Origin: Acidimicrobiia bacterium
GTDB lineage: Bacteria > Actinomycetota > Acidimicrobiia > Spongiisociales > UBA5794
DNA length: 36,925 bases
Assembly: GCA_041608315.1 (NCBI GenBank)
Contig: JBFISZ010000003.1
Span: 1 to 36,925 of the forward strand
Direction: 5' to 3'
Shown: positions 27,971-36,142 of the stretch, piece after piece
Layout: every line of letters begins with the position of its first letter
Numbering within the stretch: the first letter of the stretch is position 1
Translations under genes and position numbers: made by a program
The notes under the pieces: model-generated
The model's database searches: none
What the model was told of the DNA's origin: nothing
The model's input: only the letters and a program-made list of their open reading frames with translations

Positions 27971-29161
27971 ATGACTCTCGAGAAGTCCTTCATCCCCTAC
28001 GGCGGCTACTGGTCGACGCCGTTCTGTCGCTGGCAGGGCAGCCTCGGCGACGCTCACTCGATCAAGCTGGCCGGTCGCGTCGGCAAGGCGTTTCTCGACG
28101 CGAAGCAGATTCCGCCGGAGTCGTTCGACGGGGTCGCGCTGGGGATCACGGTGACGCAGGCATTCGCTTTCTATGGAGCGCCCTGGTTGGCGGGCATGAT
28201 CGGAGCCGAGGGCGTTACGGGCCCCACCGTCTCGCAAGCTTGTGCCACTTCGGTGCGCGTGCTGGCCGGCGCCGCGCTCGAGGTGGAGACGGGCCAGCGG
28301 GATTGCATTCTCACGGTCGGGTGCGACCGTACGAGCAACGGACCCCACGTCTACTACCCCGATCCCGGCGGCCCCGGGGGGCAGGGCACGTTTGAGGATC
28401 CGGTGCTCGGGAACATGAACAAGGACCCTTATGCCGGCTCGGCCATGGTGCAGACGGCCGAGAACCTGGCCGCCGCAGCCGGCATCACCCGCGAGGAGCA
28501 GGAGTCCGTAGCGCTCGAGCGGTACGAGCAGTACACAAAGGCCCTCGCCGCCGACCGGGCATTCCAGAAGAAGTACATGGTCCCGGTCGAGCTGATGCGC
28601 CGCGGCAAAGTAGTCGGAGTCGTCGAGGCCGATGAGGGCGTTCACGAGATGACCGCCGAGGGCTTGGCGCGGCTGCGGCCCGTTGTCGAAAACGGGACGA
28701 TCACCTTCGGCACGCAGACGCATCCGGCGGATGGGAACGCGGGAATCATCGTCACTTCGCAGGAGAAGGCCGCCGAGCTGGCGAGCGGGCCCGCCTCCAT
28801 TCGGATCCTGTCCTACGGTGAGGCCCGGGTCGAAAAGGCATTCATGCCCAAGGCCGTTGTTCCCGCCGCCCGTGACGCCCTGCAGCGGGCCGGACTCGAC
28901 GCCGGCCAGATGGCGGCGATCAAGACCCACAACCCGTTTGCGGTATCGGACGTCTACTTCTGCCGCGAGCTGGATATCGCGGCCGAGGCCGTCAACAACT
29001 ACGGGTCGACGTTGATCTGGGGTCATCCCCAGGCCCCGATGGGGATGCGGGCCATAATCGAGCTGATCGAGGAGCTCGTCATCCGCGGCGGCGGTTACGG
29101 CCTCTTCTCCGGCTGCGCCGGCGGGGACTCGGCGATGTCCCTCGTCCTGGAAGTGGCCTAG
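27971..29161 (+). CDS. iaaA: Thiolase; probable 2-aminobenzoylacetyl-CoA thiolase
   Basis: QACATS, ADGNAG, GHP and CAGG motifs; HNPF in place of NEAF. Confidence 0.8.
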   Translation: MTLEKSFIPYGGYWSTPFCRWQGSLGDAHSIKLAGRVGKAFLDAKQIPPESFDGVALGITVTQAFAFYGAPWLAGMIGAEGVTGPTVSQACATSVRVLAGAALEVETGQRDCILTVGCDRTSNGPHVYYPDPGGPGGQGTFEDPVLGNMNKDPYAGSAMVQTAENLAAAAGITREEQESVALERYEQYTKALAADRAFQKKYMVPVELMRRGKVVGVVEADEGVHEMTAEGLARLRPVVENGTITFGTQTHPADGNAGIIVTSQEKAAELASGPASIRILSYGEARVEKAFMPKAVVPAARDALQRAGLDAGQMAAIKTHNPFAVSDVYFCRELDIAAEAVNNYGSTLIWGHPQAPMGMRAIIELIEELVIRGGGYGLFSGCAGGDSAMSLVLEVA

Positions 29162-29380
29162 CGTCGGGCGAGAGCCTGCCGGCCCCTATTCAGGGTGGCC
29201 TACCGAGTGATCGATATTGCCTCCGGTTCCCGGACGCTGCGGGGTGCGCGAGACCTGCCGCGTTCCCACGCCGATCACAATAGATACGCCGCGACAACAC
29301 TCCGATCACGAAACAGCGCCTATCGGGCATTCACGAGGGAGTGGGCCCGCACGTCGAGGATTGGCGTCTTCTCTATGCCC

Positions 29381-29409
29381 TTGTGACGTATCACAGATCG
29401 TGATACGTT
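29381..29409 (+). promoter_or_regulatory. Leaderless promoter and operator of the mazEF-like module
   Basis: TTGTGA-17 nt-TACGTT with a TG extension, 7 nt before the ATG. Inverted repeat ACGTATCAC-5-GTGATACGT (29386-29408) overlaps it. Confidence 0.75.
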
Positions 29410-29416
29410 GCGGTGC

Positions 29417-29656
29417 ATGGCTCGAGCGATCTCAGTTCGACTCGACGACGAAGCACTCCGGGCCCTCACCGAGCTCGAGGCAACCGGCATGACGCGCTCC
29501 GAAGCAATCCGCGCCGCACTCGTGGAAGCGGCATCGCGGCTTCACGACAAGCAGGCGCTCGCCGCCGAGGTTGCGGCACTCGAAGCCGACGAAGACGACC
29601 GGGCTGAGATGCTGGCGGTGGCCGAACTCATGGAGAGCCTTCGTGCGCCGGGGTGA
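29417..29656 (+). CDS. Ribbon-helix-helix (CopG-like) antitoxin
   Basis: MARAISVRLDD...TRSEAIRAAL with an acidic C-terminus; overlaps the toxin gene. Confidence 0.8.
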   Translation: MARAISVRLDDEALRALTELEATGMTRSEAIRAALVEAASRLHDKQALAAEVAALEADEDDRAEMLAVAELMESLRAPG

Positions 29657-29960
29657 CATCTTTGCCCTGCGACTTCCCAAAGGTGTGGGCCACGAGCAAG
29701 GCGGGCGTCGCTACGGCGTGGTTGTGCAATCCGATGCTTTCCTCCCGAGGTCGGTTGTGCTGGTGGCGCCAACGTCGACCAGTGCCAAACCGGCATCGTT
29801 CCGGCCGGAGGTCGAGATTGATGGCACGGCGACTTGCGTTCTCGTCGAGCATGTCGGTGCAGTCGATGTCCGGCGCCTCGGCGACCTCGCTGGTCATCTC
29901 ACCCCTGAGGAACAGTGGGGCATCGACGCGGCATTGCTCACCGTTCTCGGACTCAGCTGA
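29643..29960 (+). CDS. mazF: PemK/MazF family endoribonuclease toxin
   Basis: MRRGDIF, GHEQGGRRYGVVVQSD, VLVAPTST and IDAAL. Confidence 0.88.
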   Translation: MRRGDIFALRLPKGVGHEQGGRRYGVVVQSDAFLPRSVVLVAPTSTSAKPASFRPEVEIDGTATCVLVEHVGAVDVRRLGDLAGHLTPEEQWGIDAALLTVLGLS

Positions 29961-30070
29961 GCAGCGCCGATCACGCGCTATGCGCCATAGCGAGCGCGAC
30001 CAGGAACCGAGCCGATCGGCACGTCGCGCACGGGGTTGTCCGGAACCCCTTCCCTCCACTCGCGCGACCA

Positions 30071-30086
30071 GGTATGCTGGCATACC
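30071..30086 (+). promoter_or_regulatory. Operator and -10 box of the vapBC module (leaderless)
   Basis: GGTATGC-tg-GCATACC palindrome abutting ATG 30087 and containing TATGCT (30073-30078); no SD. Confidence 0.7.
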
Positions 30087-30308
30087 ATGAAGCGAACCAC
30101 GGTCAAGCTGCCCGATGAACTCGACGCCAAGCTCCGCCACGAGGCTGAACGGCGTGGAATCACCGTCTCTGAGCTGACCCGCGAGGCAATCGAGGATCAC
30201 CTCGGCGGTCGCGGCCGTCGTCTTGGCGCTGCCGGCGCCGGCCGCAGCGGACGCGACGACATCTCCGAGCGGATCGAGGAGATCCTCGCAGCCGAGGTGA
30301 CGCGATAA
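30087..30308 (+). CDS. vapB: CopG/RHH antitoxin (VapB-like)
   Basis: MKRTTVKLPDELDAKL...SELTREAI...DISERIEEIL, directly upstream of a PIN toxin. Confidence 0.82.
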   Translation: MKRTTVKLPDELDAKLRHEAERRGITVSELTREAIEDHLGGRGRRLGAAGAGRSGRDDISERIEEILAAEVTR

Positions 30309-30718
30309 CCCTCCTCGTCGACGCAGGGCCGCTGTATGCCTACGTCGACGCCGACGACCGCCACCACGCCGAATCGCTCGAGCTACTGCTGCACCATCCC
30401 GGTCCATTGATCGTTCCCGTGCTCGTGATCTCCGAGGTCGCCTACCTCATCGGAACACGGCTTGGCGTCGACGCCGAAGTCCGCTTCCTGGGTGACCTCG
30501 CCGCGGGTGAGTTCGCCATCGAGGCAGTCATGGCAAGTGACTGGCTCCGCATCGCCGAACTCGTCAGTCGGTATCGGGACCTGCCGCTGGGGACCGTCGA
30601 CGGTTCAGTCGTAGCAGCCGCCGAACGGCTCCGAATCACCAGCATCGCTACGCTCGACCGTCGGCACTTCTCCATCGTTCGCCCCACCCACACCGACGCA
30701 TTCGAACTCGTACCTTGA
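30305..30718 (+). CDS. vapC: PIN-domain VapC toxin with a non-canonical ATA start
   Basis: Frame opens ATA-TLLVDAGPLYAYVDADDRHH, then VISE, DGSVVAAAERL and ATLDRRHF. SD GAGGTG lies 5 nt before the ATA. Confidence 0.82.
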   Translation: MTLLVDAGPLYAYVDADDRHHAESLELLLHHPGPLIVPVLVISEVAYLIGTRLGVDAEVRFLGDLAAGEFAIEAVMASDWLRIAELVSRYRDLPLGTVDGSVVAAAERLRITSIATLDRRHFSIVRPTHTDAFELVP

Positions 30719-30940
30719 GATCTGCAACCACGCCGATCACCAGATCCCGGACAGGAACGCTCACCTCGCCAGATAGCGCCGAGCGCCGGATCACCGTTCG
30801 CCTACCTCTTCCAGCGCGAGACCGCAACTGATCGTGCGCGGTCACGCCCCTCATACGAAATCGCGCCGAGCGGCACGAATTCGTGTCCGTCGATTCGTCG
30901 AGGCGCCGGTGCAGCTGAGGCGACAATCACCCGGATTCCC

Positions 30941-30969
30941 TTGACATGCCAACGGGTATGCTCTACTTT
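30941..30969 (+). promoter_or_regulatory. Housekeeping-sigma promoter of the tetR-bcr operon
   Basis: TTGACA (30941-30946), 17-nt spacer, TACTTT (30964-30969). Confidence 0.8.
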
Positions 30970-30973
30970 ACTA

Positions 30974-31001
30974 GTTACCGACCGGTCAGTCGGTCGGTAA
31001 C
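30974..31001. promoter_or_regulatory. Probable TetR operator
   Basis: Perfect 11-bp inverted repeat GTTACCGACCG-6-CGGTCGGTAAC over the predicted transcription start. Confidence 0.8.
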
Positions 31002-31032
31002 GTTGAAACGCAGATGAAACCGGAGAAGCGAG

Positions 31033-31653
31033 TTGAAGGCACAGACCAAGCTTCGCAACCAGCCCGAAGCCACCGCGGCCCGGATCATCGCCGCCGCCAG
31101 GAGCCTCTTCGTCTCGAGCAACTACGCCGACGTCACCACCGACATGATCGCCCGGGCGGCCGACGTCACCAAAGGCGGGTTGTACCACCACTTCGCGAGC
31201 AAGGAACAGCTCTACGTTTCCATGATGCTCGCCGACCTCGATTCGAAACGCCGCCTCTTCGAGCAGGCCACCGCCATGTCGGCCAGCTGCCGGGAGCGCC
31301 TCGCCCGGCTGACCAGGGACTTCCTGGAGCTTCCCGACGAGGATCGAGAGCTGACTCGCCTCGTCCGGCGCGATATCAACACGTTCAGCGGCGTAGAGCG
31401 TGACCAACTCGTGAGGGCCTATCAGGTGGCTCTACCCGAGCAGGTCGAGGCCATCGTCGCCGACGGAATCAAGGACGGAGAGCTGGCCCTGGGAGATGCC
31501 CGGATCCTGTCGTGGTCGTTTATAGCCCTGGTGGAAGTCGTGATCGGCAGATATGCCGATCAGGTCTTCGGGTCCACCACGGCCCGACTCGATCACGTCC
31601 TGGATCTGTTCTTCCATGGAGCCGCCGCCAAGCCAACGGGAGGGACGGAATGA
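31033..31653 (+). CDS. TetR/AcrR family transcriptional regulator
   Basis: HTH region TTDMIARAADVTKGGLYHHFASKEQL. TTG start with RBS GGAG; ATGA overlap with bcrC. Confidence 0.92.
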   Translation: MKAQTKLRNQPEATAARIIAAARSLFVSSNYADVTTDMIARAADVTKGGLYHHFASKEQLYVSMMLADLDSKRRLFEQATAMSASCRERLARLTRDFLELPDEDRELTRLVRRDINTFSGVERDQLVRAYQVALPEQVEAIVADGIKDGELALGDARILSWSFIALVEVVIGRYADQVFGSTTARLDHVLDLFFHGAAAKPTGGTE

Positions 31654-32825
31654 CACTCACGGCTAACAAGGTCTTCGAGGAGTGGCGCGGCAAGTCGCTC
31701 GAAGATGCCCTGCTGGAGTGCCGCGACCAGGTCGAAGCAGCCGACTTCGAAACCGTGCAGCGTTGGCGTGATGCCGGCGGCAAGGTGGCCGGGCACTTCC
31801 AGGTGTACTTCCCGGAGGAGATCGTCCACGCCGCCGGAATGCTCTCCTTCAAAGTGCGGGGGGCTCCCGTCGAGCCCAACAAGGCGGATTCCCACTTCGG
31901 GTCGTATCTCTGCTCGATCCTCAAATCGTCACTCGAGCTGGCGCTGAGCGACATCGTCCAGTTGGACATGTTTGTGTCCCATCCGATCTGTGACGCCGCC
32001 CGCAATCTCGCTGCCATTTGGGGTCGCAACTTCGACTACCCGTGTCAGATCCTCTACCTGCCGCAGAATCCGAACTCGGCCGGGAGCATCGAGTATCTGC
32101 GCAACGAGTACGACCGGATGCGGCGGCTGGCCGAGGAGGTGACCGGCCGCGAGATCACCGACGACGATCTCCGCGACTCGATCGAGGTCTTCAACGAGAA
32201 CCGCCGGCTGCTCCGCGAGCTCTACGACATCAAGCGCGACACCCCGTGGCTCATCGCCGCCGAGGACGCCTACGCCCTGGTGTCGATGGCGGGGATGATC
32301 CCGCGCGAAGAGCACAACGAGATGCTGGCGACCCTGCTCCCACAGATCCGGGAACGGACTGCCAAGGCGGAAGACCGGGTTCGGATCGTGTTCGAAGGCG
32401 GGTTCTGTGAGCAGCCGCCGTTCGACCTGGTTCGCATGTTGGGCCGCACCTCGTACGTGGTCGACGACGATTTCCACATCGGGATGCGCTGGATAACTGA
32501 GGACGTGCCTACCGGGGGGGACCCGCTCCACAACCTGGCCCATGCCTATACCGAGCACTCGTCCTACAGCCCGGTGCAGCACGATCTGCGCAAGCCCAAG
32601 GAGAAGATGCTGCTCGAGCGGATCCGCGGCGCCAAGGCCGATGCCGCCATCGTCGCCGCCGCCAAGATGTGCGAGCCCGGCCTCGAGGAGCAAGTCGCTT
32701 ACACGCACGCCCTCGACGATGCGGAAATCGCGTACTTCGTCAGCGAGTTCGAGGAAAACGAGACTTCGTTCGACCAGCTCGAAATGCAGGTTGAAACGTT
32801 CATCGAGAACCTGCTCTTCGCGTGA
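31650..32825 (+). CDS. bcrC: Class I benzoyl-CoA reductase subunit C/gamma (2-hydroxyacyl-CoA dehydratase family)
   Basis: YFPEEIVHAAG, SYLCSI, PICDAARNL, FCEQPP, VVDDD and KMCEPG, a BcrC-like pattern. Confidence 0.82.
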   Translation: MTLTANKVFEEWRGKSLEDALLECRDQVEAADFETVQRWRDAGGKVAGHFQVYFPEEIVHAAGMLSFKVRGAPVEPNKADSHFGSYLCSILKSSLELALSDIVQLDMFVSHPICDAARNLAAIWGRNFDYPCQILYLPQNPNSAGSIEYLRNEYDRMRRLAEEVTGREITDDDLRDSIEVFNENRRLLRELYDIKRDTPWLIAAEDAYALVSMAGMIPREEHNEMLATLLPQIRERTAKAEDRVRIVFEGGFCEQPPFDLVRMLGRTSYVVDDDFHIGMRWITEDVPTGGDPLHNLAHAYTEHSSYSPVQHDLRKPKEKMLLERIRGAKADAAIVAAAKMCEPGLEEQVAYTHALDDAEIAYFVSEFEENETSFDQLEMQVETFIENLLFA

Positions 32826-32841
32826 GCTCAGGAAGGTTGAC

Positions 32842-34137
32842 ATGACAACGCAAAGCACACAGGAACTGGTCGGAAGGGGTAACCGCGAAGGCGCCGCCCT
32901 GTTCCGGGATTGGTTCGCAGAACTCGACGCCACGGCCCGCAACGGTGGCCAATCGGCGTACGTATTCGTCATGGGAAGCATCAACGAGATTCTGAAGACG
33001 TTCGATCTGCCCGTCGTCTTCCCCGAGATCAACTCGCTACAGACTGCGGTCCGCCGGGTCGCCCACGAGTACCTCGAGGAGGCTGAGGACTACGGCTATT
33101 CGCCGGACATCTGCGGCTACGTCAAGGCCGATGTCGGCATGCAGCTGCGCGGCGGCGAGCACCCGATGGGGCAGATTCCGGTGCCCAGCATGTCGGTGCT
33201 CACCAACGCCTGCAACACCTACATCAAATGGGCTGAGATCTGGGAGCGGATGTACGACACGCCGACGTTCACCATCGACATTCCCGGCACCCGCCAATCC
33301 GGCACCCAGACCTGGCAGGGCGACTCCGACTTCGAAGCCGACCGCAAGTACGTCGAGACCCAGCTCCGTGAGCTGATCACGCTGTGCGAGGAGGTCACGG
33401 GCAAGAAGTTCGACATCGACAAGTTCCGCCAGGTTCTCACCTACGCCAACACGATGAGCCGCTGCTGGAAGCGAGTCCTCGAGCTCAACGCCTCCAAGCC
33501 TTCCCTCTTCAACGCCCTCACCGACGGCACGATATTCCTCGGCGTGGCCAACGGTTTCCGGGGCACGCAGGAAGGCGCCGAGTACTTCGAGCGCCTCGCC
33601 GAGGAGATGGAATACAAGGCGGCCAACGGGATCGGCCAGGCCATCGAGGAGCAGTACCGGCTGCTGTTCGTCGGGGTTCCCTGCTATCCGATCTTCCGGC
33701 GCTTCAATGAGCTGTTCACCGACTGGGGCGGCAGCTTCGTCAACTCGACCTACCTGTGGTTCGCCTCGGGCGGCACCAACCGTGGCTTCGAGTACGACCT
33801 GGCCGACCCGGTGGCAAGCCTGGCCGAGGGGGTGCTCATCAGCGTGCGCGATGCGATGGACTCGATGTTCCATCAGAGCGAAGTGCTCGCCGACATGGCC
33901 CGCGACTTCGACGTCGACGGCGTCATCTACCATCCCATCAAGAGCTGCCGCACCGTGTCCACGGGTCTCGCCGACGGGCGGCGCCACCTGACCGAAGAGA
34001 CCGGCATCCCCAGCCTGTTCATCGAGTCCGACATGATGGACCGCCGGGTGGTATCCGAAGCCCAAATGAAGAATCGAATTGATGCCTTCTTTGAAGGTCT
34101 GGCATCTCGCCGGCTCGCGGCCGGCGTACAAGGATGA
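32842..34137 (+). CDS. bcrB: Class I benzoyl-CoA reductase subunit B/beta
   Basis: FPEINSLQ, GYSPDICGYVKAD, CNTYIKW, HPIKSCR, IESDMMD and NRIDAFFE. RBS AGGAAGG. Confidence 0.82.
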   Translation: MTTQSTQELVGRGNREGAALFRDWFAELDATARNGGQSAYVFVMGSINEILKTFDLPVVFPEINSLQTAVRRVAHEYLEEAEDYGYSPDICGYVKADVGMQLRGGEHPMGQIPVPSMSVLTNACNTYIKWAEIWERMYDTPTFTIDIPGTRQSGTQTWQGDSDFEADRKYVETQLRELITLCEEVTGKKFDIDKFRQVLTYANTMSRCWKRVLELNASKPSLFNALTDGTIFLGVANGFRGTQEGAEYFERLAEEMEYKAANGIGQAIEEQYRLLFVGVPCYPIFRRFNELFTDWGGSFVNSTYLWFASGGTNRGFEYDLADPVASLAEGVLISVRDAMDSMFHQSEVLADMARDFDVDGVIYHPIKSCRTVSTGLADGRRHLTEETGIPSLFIESDMMDRRVVSEAQMKNRIDAFFEGLASRRLAAGVQG

Positions 34138-34146
34138 GGTGATCGA

Positions 34147-34968
34147 ATGTCATATGCAGCAGGAGTGGACGTCGGGTCCACCCAGACCAAGGCCGTCATC
34201 ATCGATGAAGATCGCAGGATCGTCGGACGGTCACTGATCGACACCGGGGCCAACGTCGTCAAGGCCGCCGAGTCTTCGTACCTGGCCGCGCTCAGGCAGG
34301 GCCACATCGACGAGGAAGAGGTCGAGTACATCGTCGGCACCGGCTATGGACGCTACCGGGTGACCTTCGGCAACACCCAGGTGACCGAGATCAGCTGTCA
34401 CGGCCGCGGTGCCGTGCACCTGTTCCCCAATACGAAGACGGTCGTCGACATGGGCGGCCAGGACACCAAGGCGATTGCCGTCAGCCCGGAAGGCGAGATC
34501 AACGACTTCTGCATGAACGATAAGTGTGCCGCCGGCACGGGTCGCTTTCTCGGGGCGGCGGCTGCGGCCCTCGACATCCCGATCGATGAACTGGGGCCCG
34601 TCTCTCTGCAAAGCACCAAGCCCATCAAGATCAGCACAACGTGCACGGTGTTTGCCGAATCCGAGGTGTTGGCCTGGCTCGGCAAAGGCAAGAAGATCGA
34701 GGACATCCTGTGGGGCGTCCACCAGTCGATCGCGTCCCGTTCGGCGGGACTGATGCGTCGCGTCGGCATCCATGACGAGATCACGTTCACCGGTGGGGTC
34801 TCTCGCAATCTGGGCATGGTGAAGGCTCTCGAAGAGCGCCTCGGCAAGAAGCTGAACATCAGCGAAGAGTGCCACTACATGGGGGCGCTCGGAGCTGCCC
34901 TGTTCGCGCACGATCACGTAATGACCGGCCGCGCTCCGGCATCTAGCGCCATGGAGGTGACGTCATGA
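34147..34968 (+). CDS. bcrA: Benzoyl-CoA reductase ATP-dependent activator subunit (short BcrA/BzdQ-like)
   Basis: [45 protein letters not shown] and CTVFAESE. Confidence 0.75.
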   Translation: MSYAAGVDVGSTQTKAVIIDEDRRIVGRSLIDTGANVVKAAESSYLAALRQGHIDEEEVEYIVGTGYGRYRVTFGNTQVTEISCHGRGAVHLFPNTKTVVDMGGQDTKAIAVSPEGEINDFCMNDKCAAGTGRFLGAAAAALDIPIDELGPVSLQSTKPIKISTTCTVFAESEVLAWLGKGKKIEDILWGVHQSIASRSAGLMRRVGIHDEITFTGGVSRNLGMVKALEERLGKKLNISEECHYMGALGAALFAHDHVMTGRAPASSAMEVTS

Positions 34969-35798
34969 CAATCACCGCCGGCATCGACGTCGGATCCACC
35001 TACACCAAGTCGATCATCCTCTCGGGAGAGGGCGAGATCCTCGGCAAGGCCTCGGGCCCCACCGGGTTCAAGCTCACCGAGATCGCCCGCAAGATCTATG
35101 ACGCCGCCCGTGAAGACGCCGGCCTGTCCGAAGCGGACGTTGCCTACGTGATCGCCACCGGCGGCGGCCGTCACCAGGTCGATTTCAAGGATCTCCATGT
35201 GACCGACCTCACCGCCAGCGCCCGCGGGGCGGCATACTTCTTCCCGGGCACTCGCACGATCCTCGACGTGGGCGGCCAGACGATGAAGGCGAGCCGGATC
35301 GATGAGAAGGCCAATGTCGTCTCGTTCCGCCTGAACGACAAGTGCGCCGCCGGCACCGGCGCGTTTCTCGAGAAGACGGCGCGCTACATGGGCTACGAGA
35401 TTGAAGAGATCAGCGCCCTGATGACGACGTCGAAGGAGCCGGTGCCGATCTCAGGCGTGTGCGCGGTGTTCGCCGAGTCTGAGGTGATCAACCACCTCTC
35501 GCTCGGGACGCCGCCCGCAGACATCATGCAGGGCGCAATTGAGTCGCTCACAGGCCGCTCCGTACAGCTGATGAAGCGGGTCCGAGCCGAGCCCGAGTAC
35601 ACCCTCATCGGAGGCATCCTCCGCTTCGAGACGATGGGCAAGACGGTAAGCGACCTCCTCGAGGCAGAGGTGAACATCCCAGAGCCCGACATGGTCCAGT
35701 TCATTGCGGCCCTCGGTTGCGCGATCCTCGGCCACCGCCGGCTGGAGAAACTCGCTGCCGGCGAAGGGGTCGCAGCGAAGGCAGTCGCCACGGCATGA
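34965..35798 (+). CDS. bcrD: Benzoyl-CoA reductase ATP-dependent activator subunit (BcrD/BzdP-like)
   Basis: [29 protein letters not shown] and [15 protein letters not shown] overlap with the preceding gene. Confidence 0.75.
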   Translation: MTITAGIDVGSTYTKSIILSGEGEILGKASGPTGFKLTEIARKIYDAAREDAGLSEADVAYVIATGGGRHQVDFKDLHVTDLTASARGAAYFFPGTRTILDVGGQTMKASRIDEKANVVSFRLNDKCAAGTGAFLEKTARYMGYEIEEISALMTTSKEPVPISGVCAVFAESEVINHLSLGTPPADIMQGAIESLTGRSVQLMKRVRAEPEYTLIGGILRFETMGKTVSDLLEAEVNIPEPDMVQFIAALGCAILGHRRLEKLAAGEGVAAKAVATA

Positions 35799-36100
35799 GC
35801 TCCGACGACGGCGTGATCATCGGCGACGGGTCGGAGGCCATCTATTGCGCCGGGGGGGTGACGATTCTCCAGGAGCCGCAGCTGGTCGCCGCCGGCTGGG
35901 AGCGCCGCACTGTCACCGATCCCAACCGGATCGACGAGCTGGAGGAGATGTACGCCAGCCTCGGCTTCGAGACGTGCACCACCGAGATGGACCCGGACAG
36001 CTTCGGCGAGGCGTGCAACACCTGCGCCGTCACCGCCTGCGACACGTACCTGGCGTTGTTCACCCGCAAGCAGGCCGGGAACACCTCCGCCGTTCCTTAG
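35795..36100 (+). CDS. Small acidic Cys-rich hypothetical protein, 101 aa
   Basis: ATGA overlap with bcrD, GC-rich third codon positions, GWERR...YASLGFE...CNTC-x4-C. Confidence 0.75.
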   Translation: MSSDDGVIIGDGSEAIYCAGGVTILQEPQLVAAGWERRTVTDPNRIDELEEMYASLGFETCTTEMDPDSFGEACNTCAVTACDTYLALFTRKQAGNTSAVP

Positions 36101-36142
36101 GCGGGGAGCCAGGCGACGAGTCCGCCGCCCGGCCGCCCTTCG

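Larger units (their letters stand above)
29266..30800 (+). repeat. Three degenerate ~60-70 bp repeats bounding two toxin-antitoxin modules
   Basis: CCACGCCGATCAC identical at 29266-29278 and 30728-30740; CGCCGATCAC at 29965-29974. Patchy similarity continues downstream of each copy. Confidence 0.5.

Noticed and set aside
29195-29386. 63-aa ORF after the thiolase
   Set aside because: No recognisable motif, no clear RBS, and it spans the repeat and the TA promoter.
29162-30940. IS element or prophage around the TA modules
   Set aside because: No transposase, integrase, terminal inverted repeats or tRNA target were seen.
31650-35798. 2-hydroxyglutaryl-CoA or aryl-lactyl-CoA dehydratase system
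   Set aside because: Two distinct activator genes and BcrC-like motifs (FCEQPP, VVDDD) fit a benzoyl-CoA reductase better.
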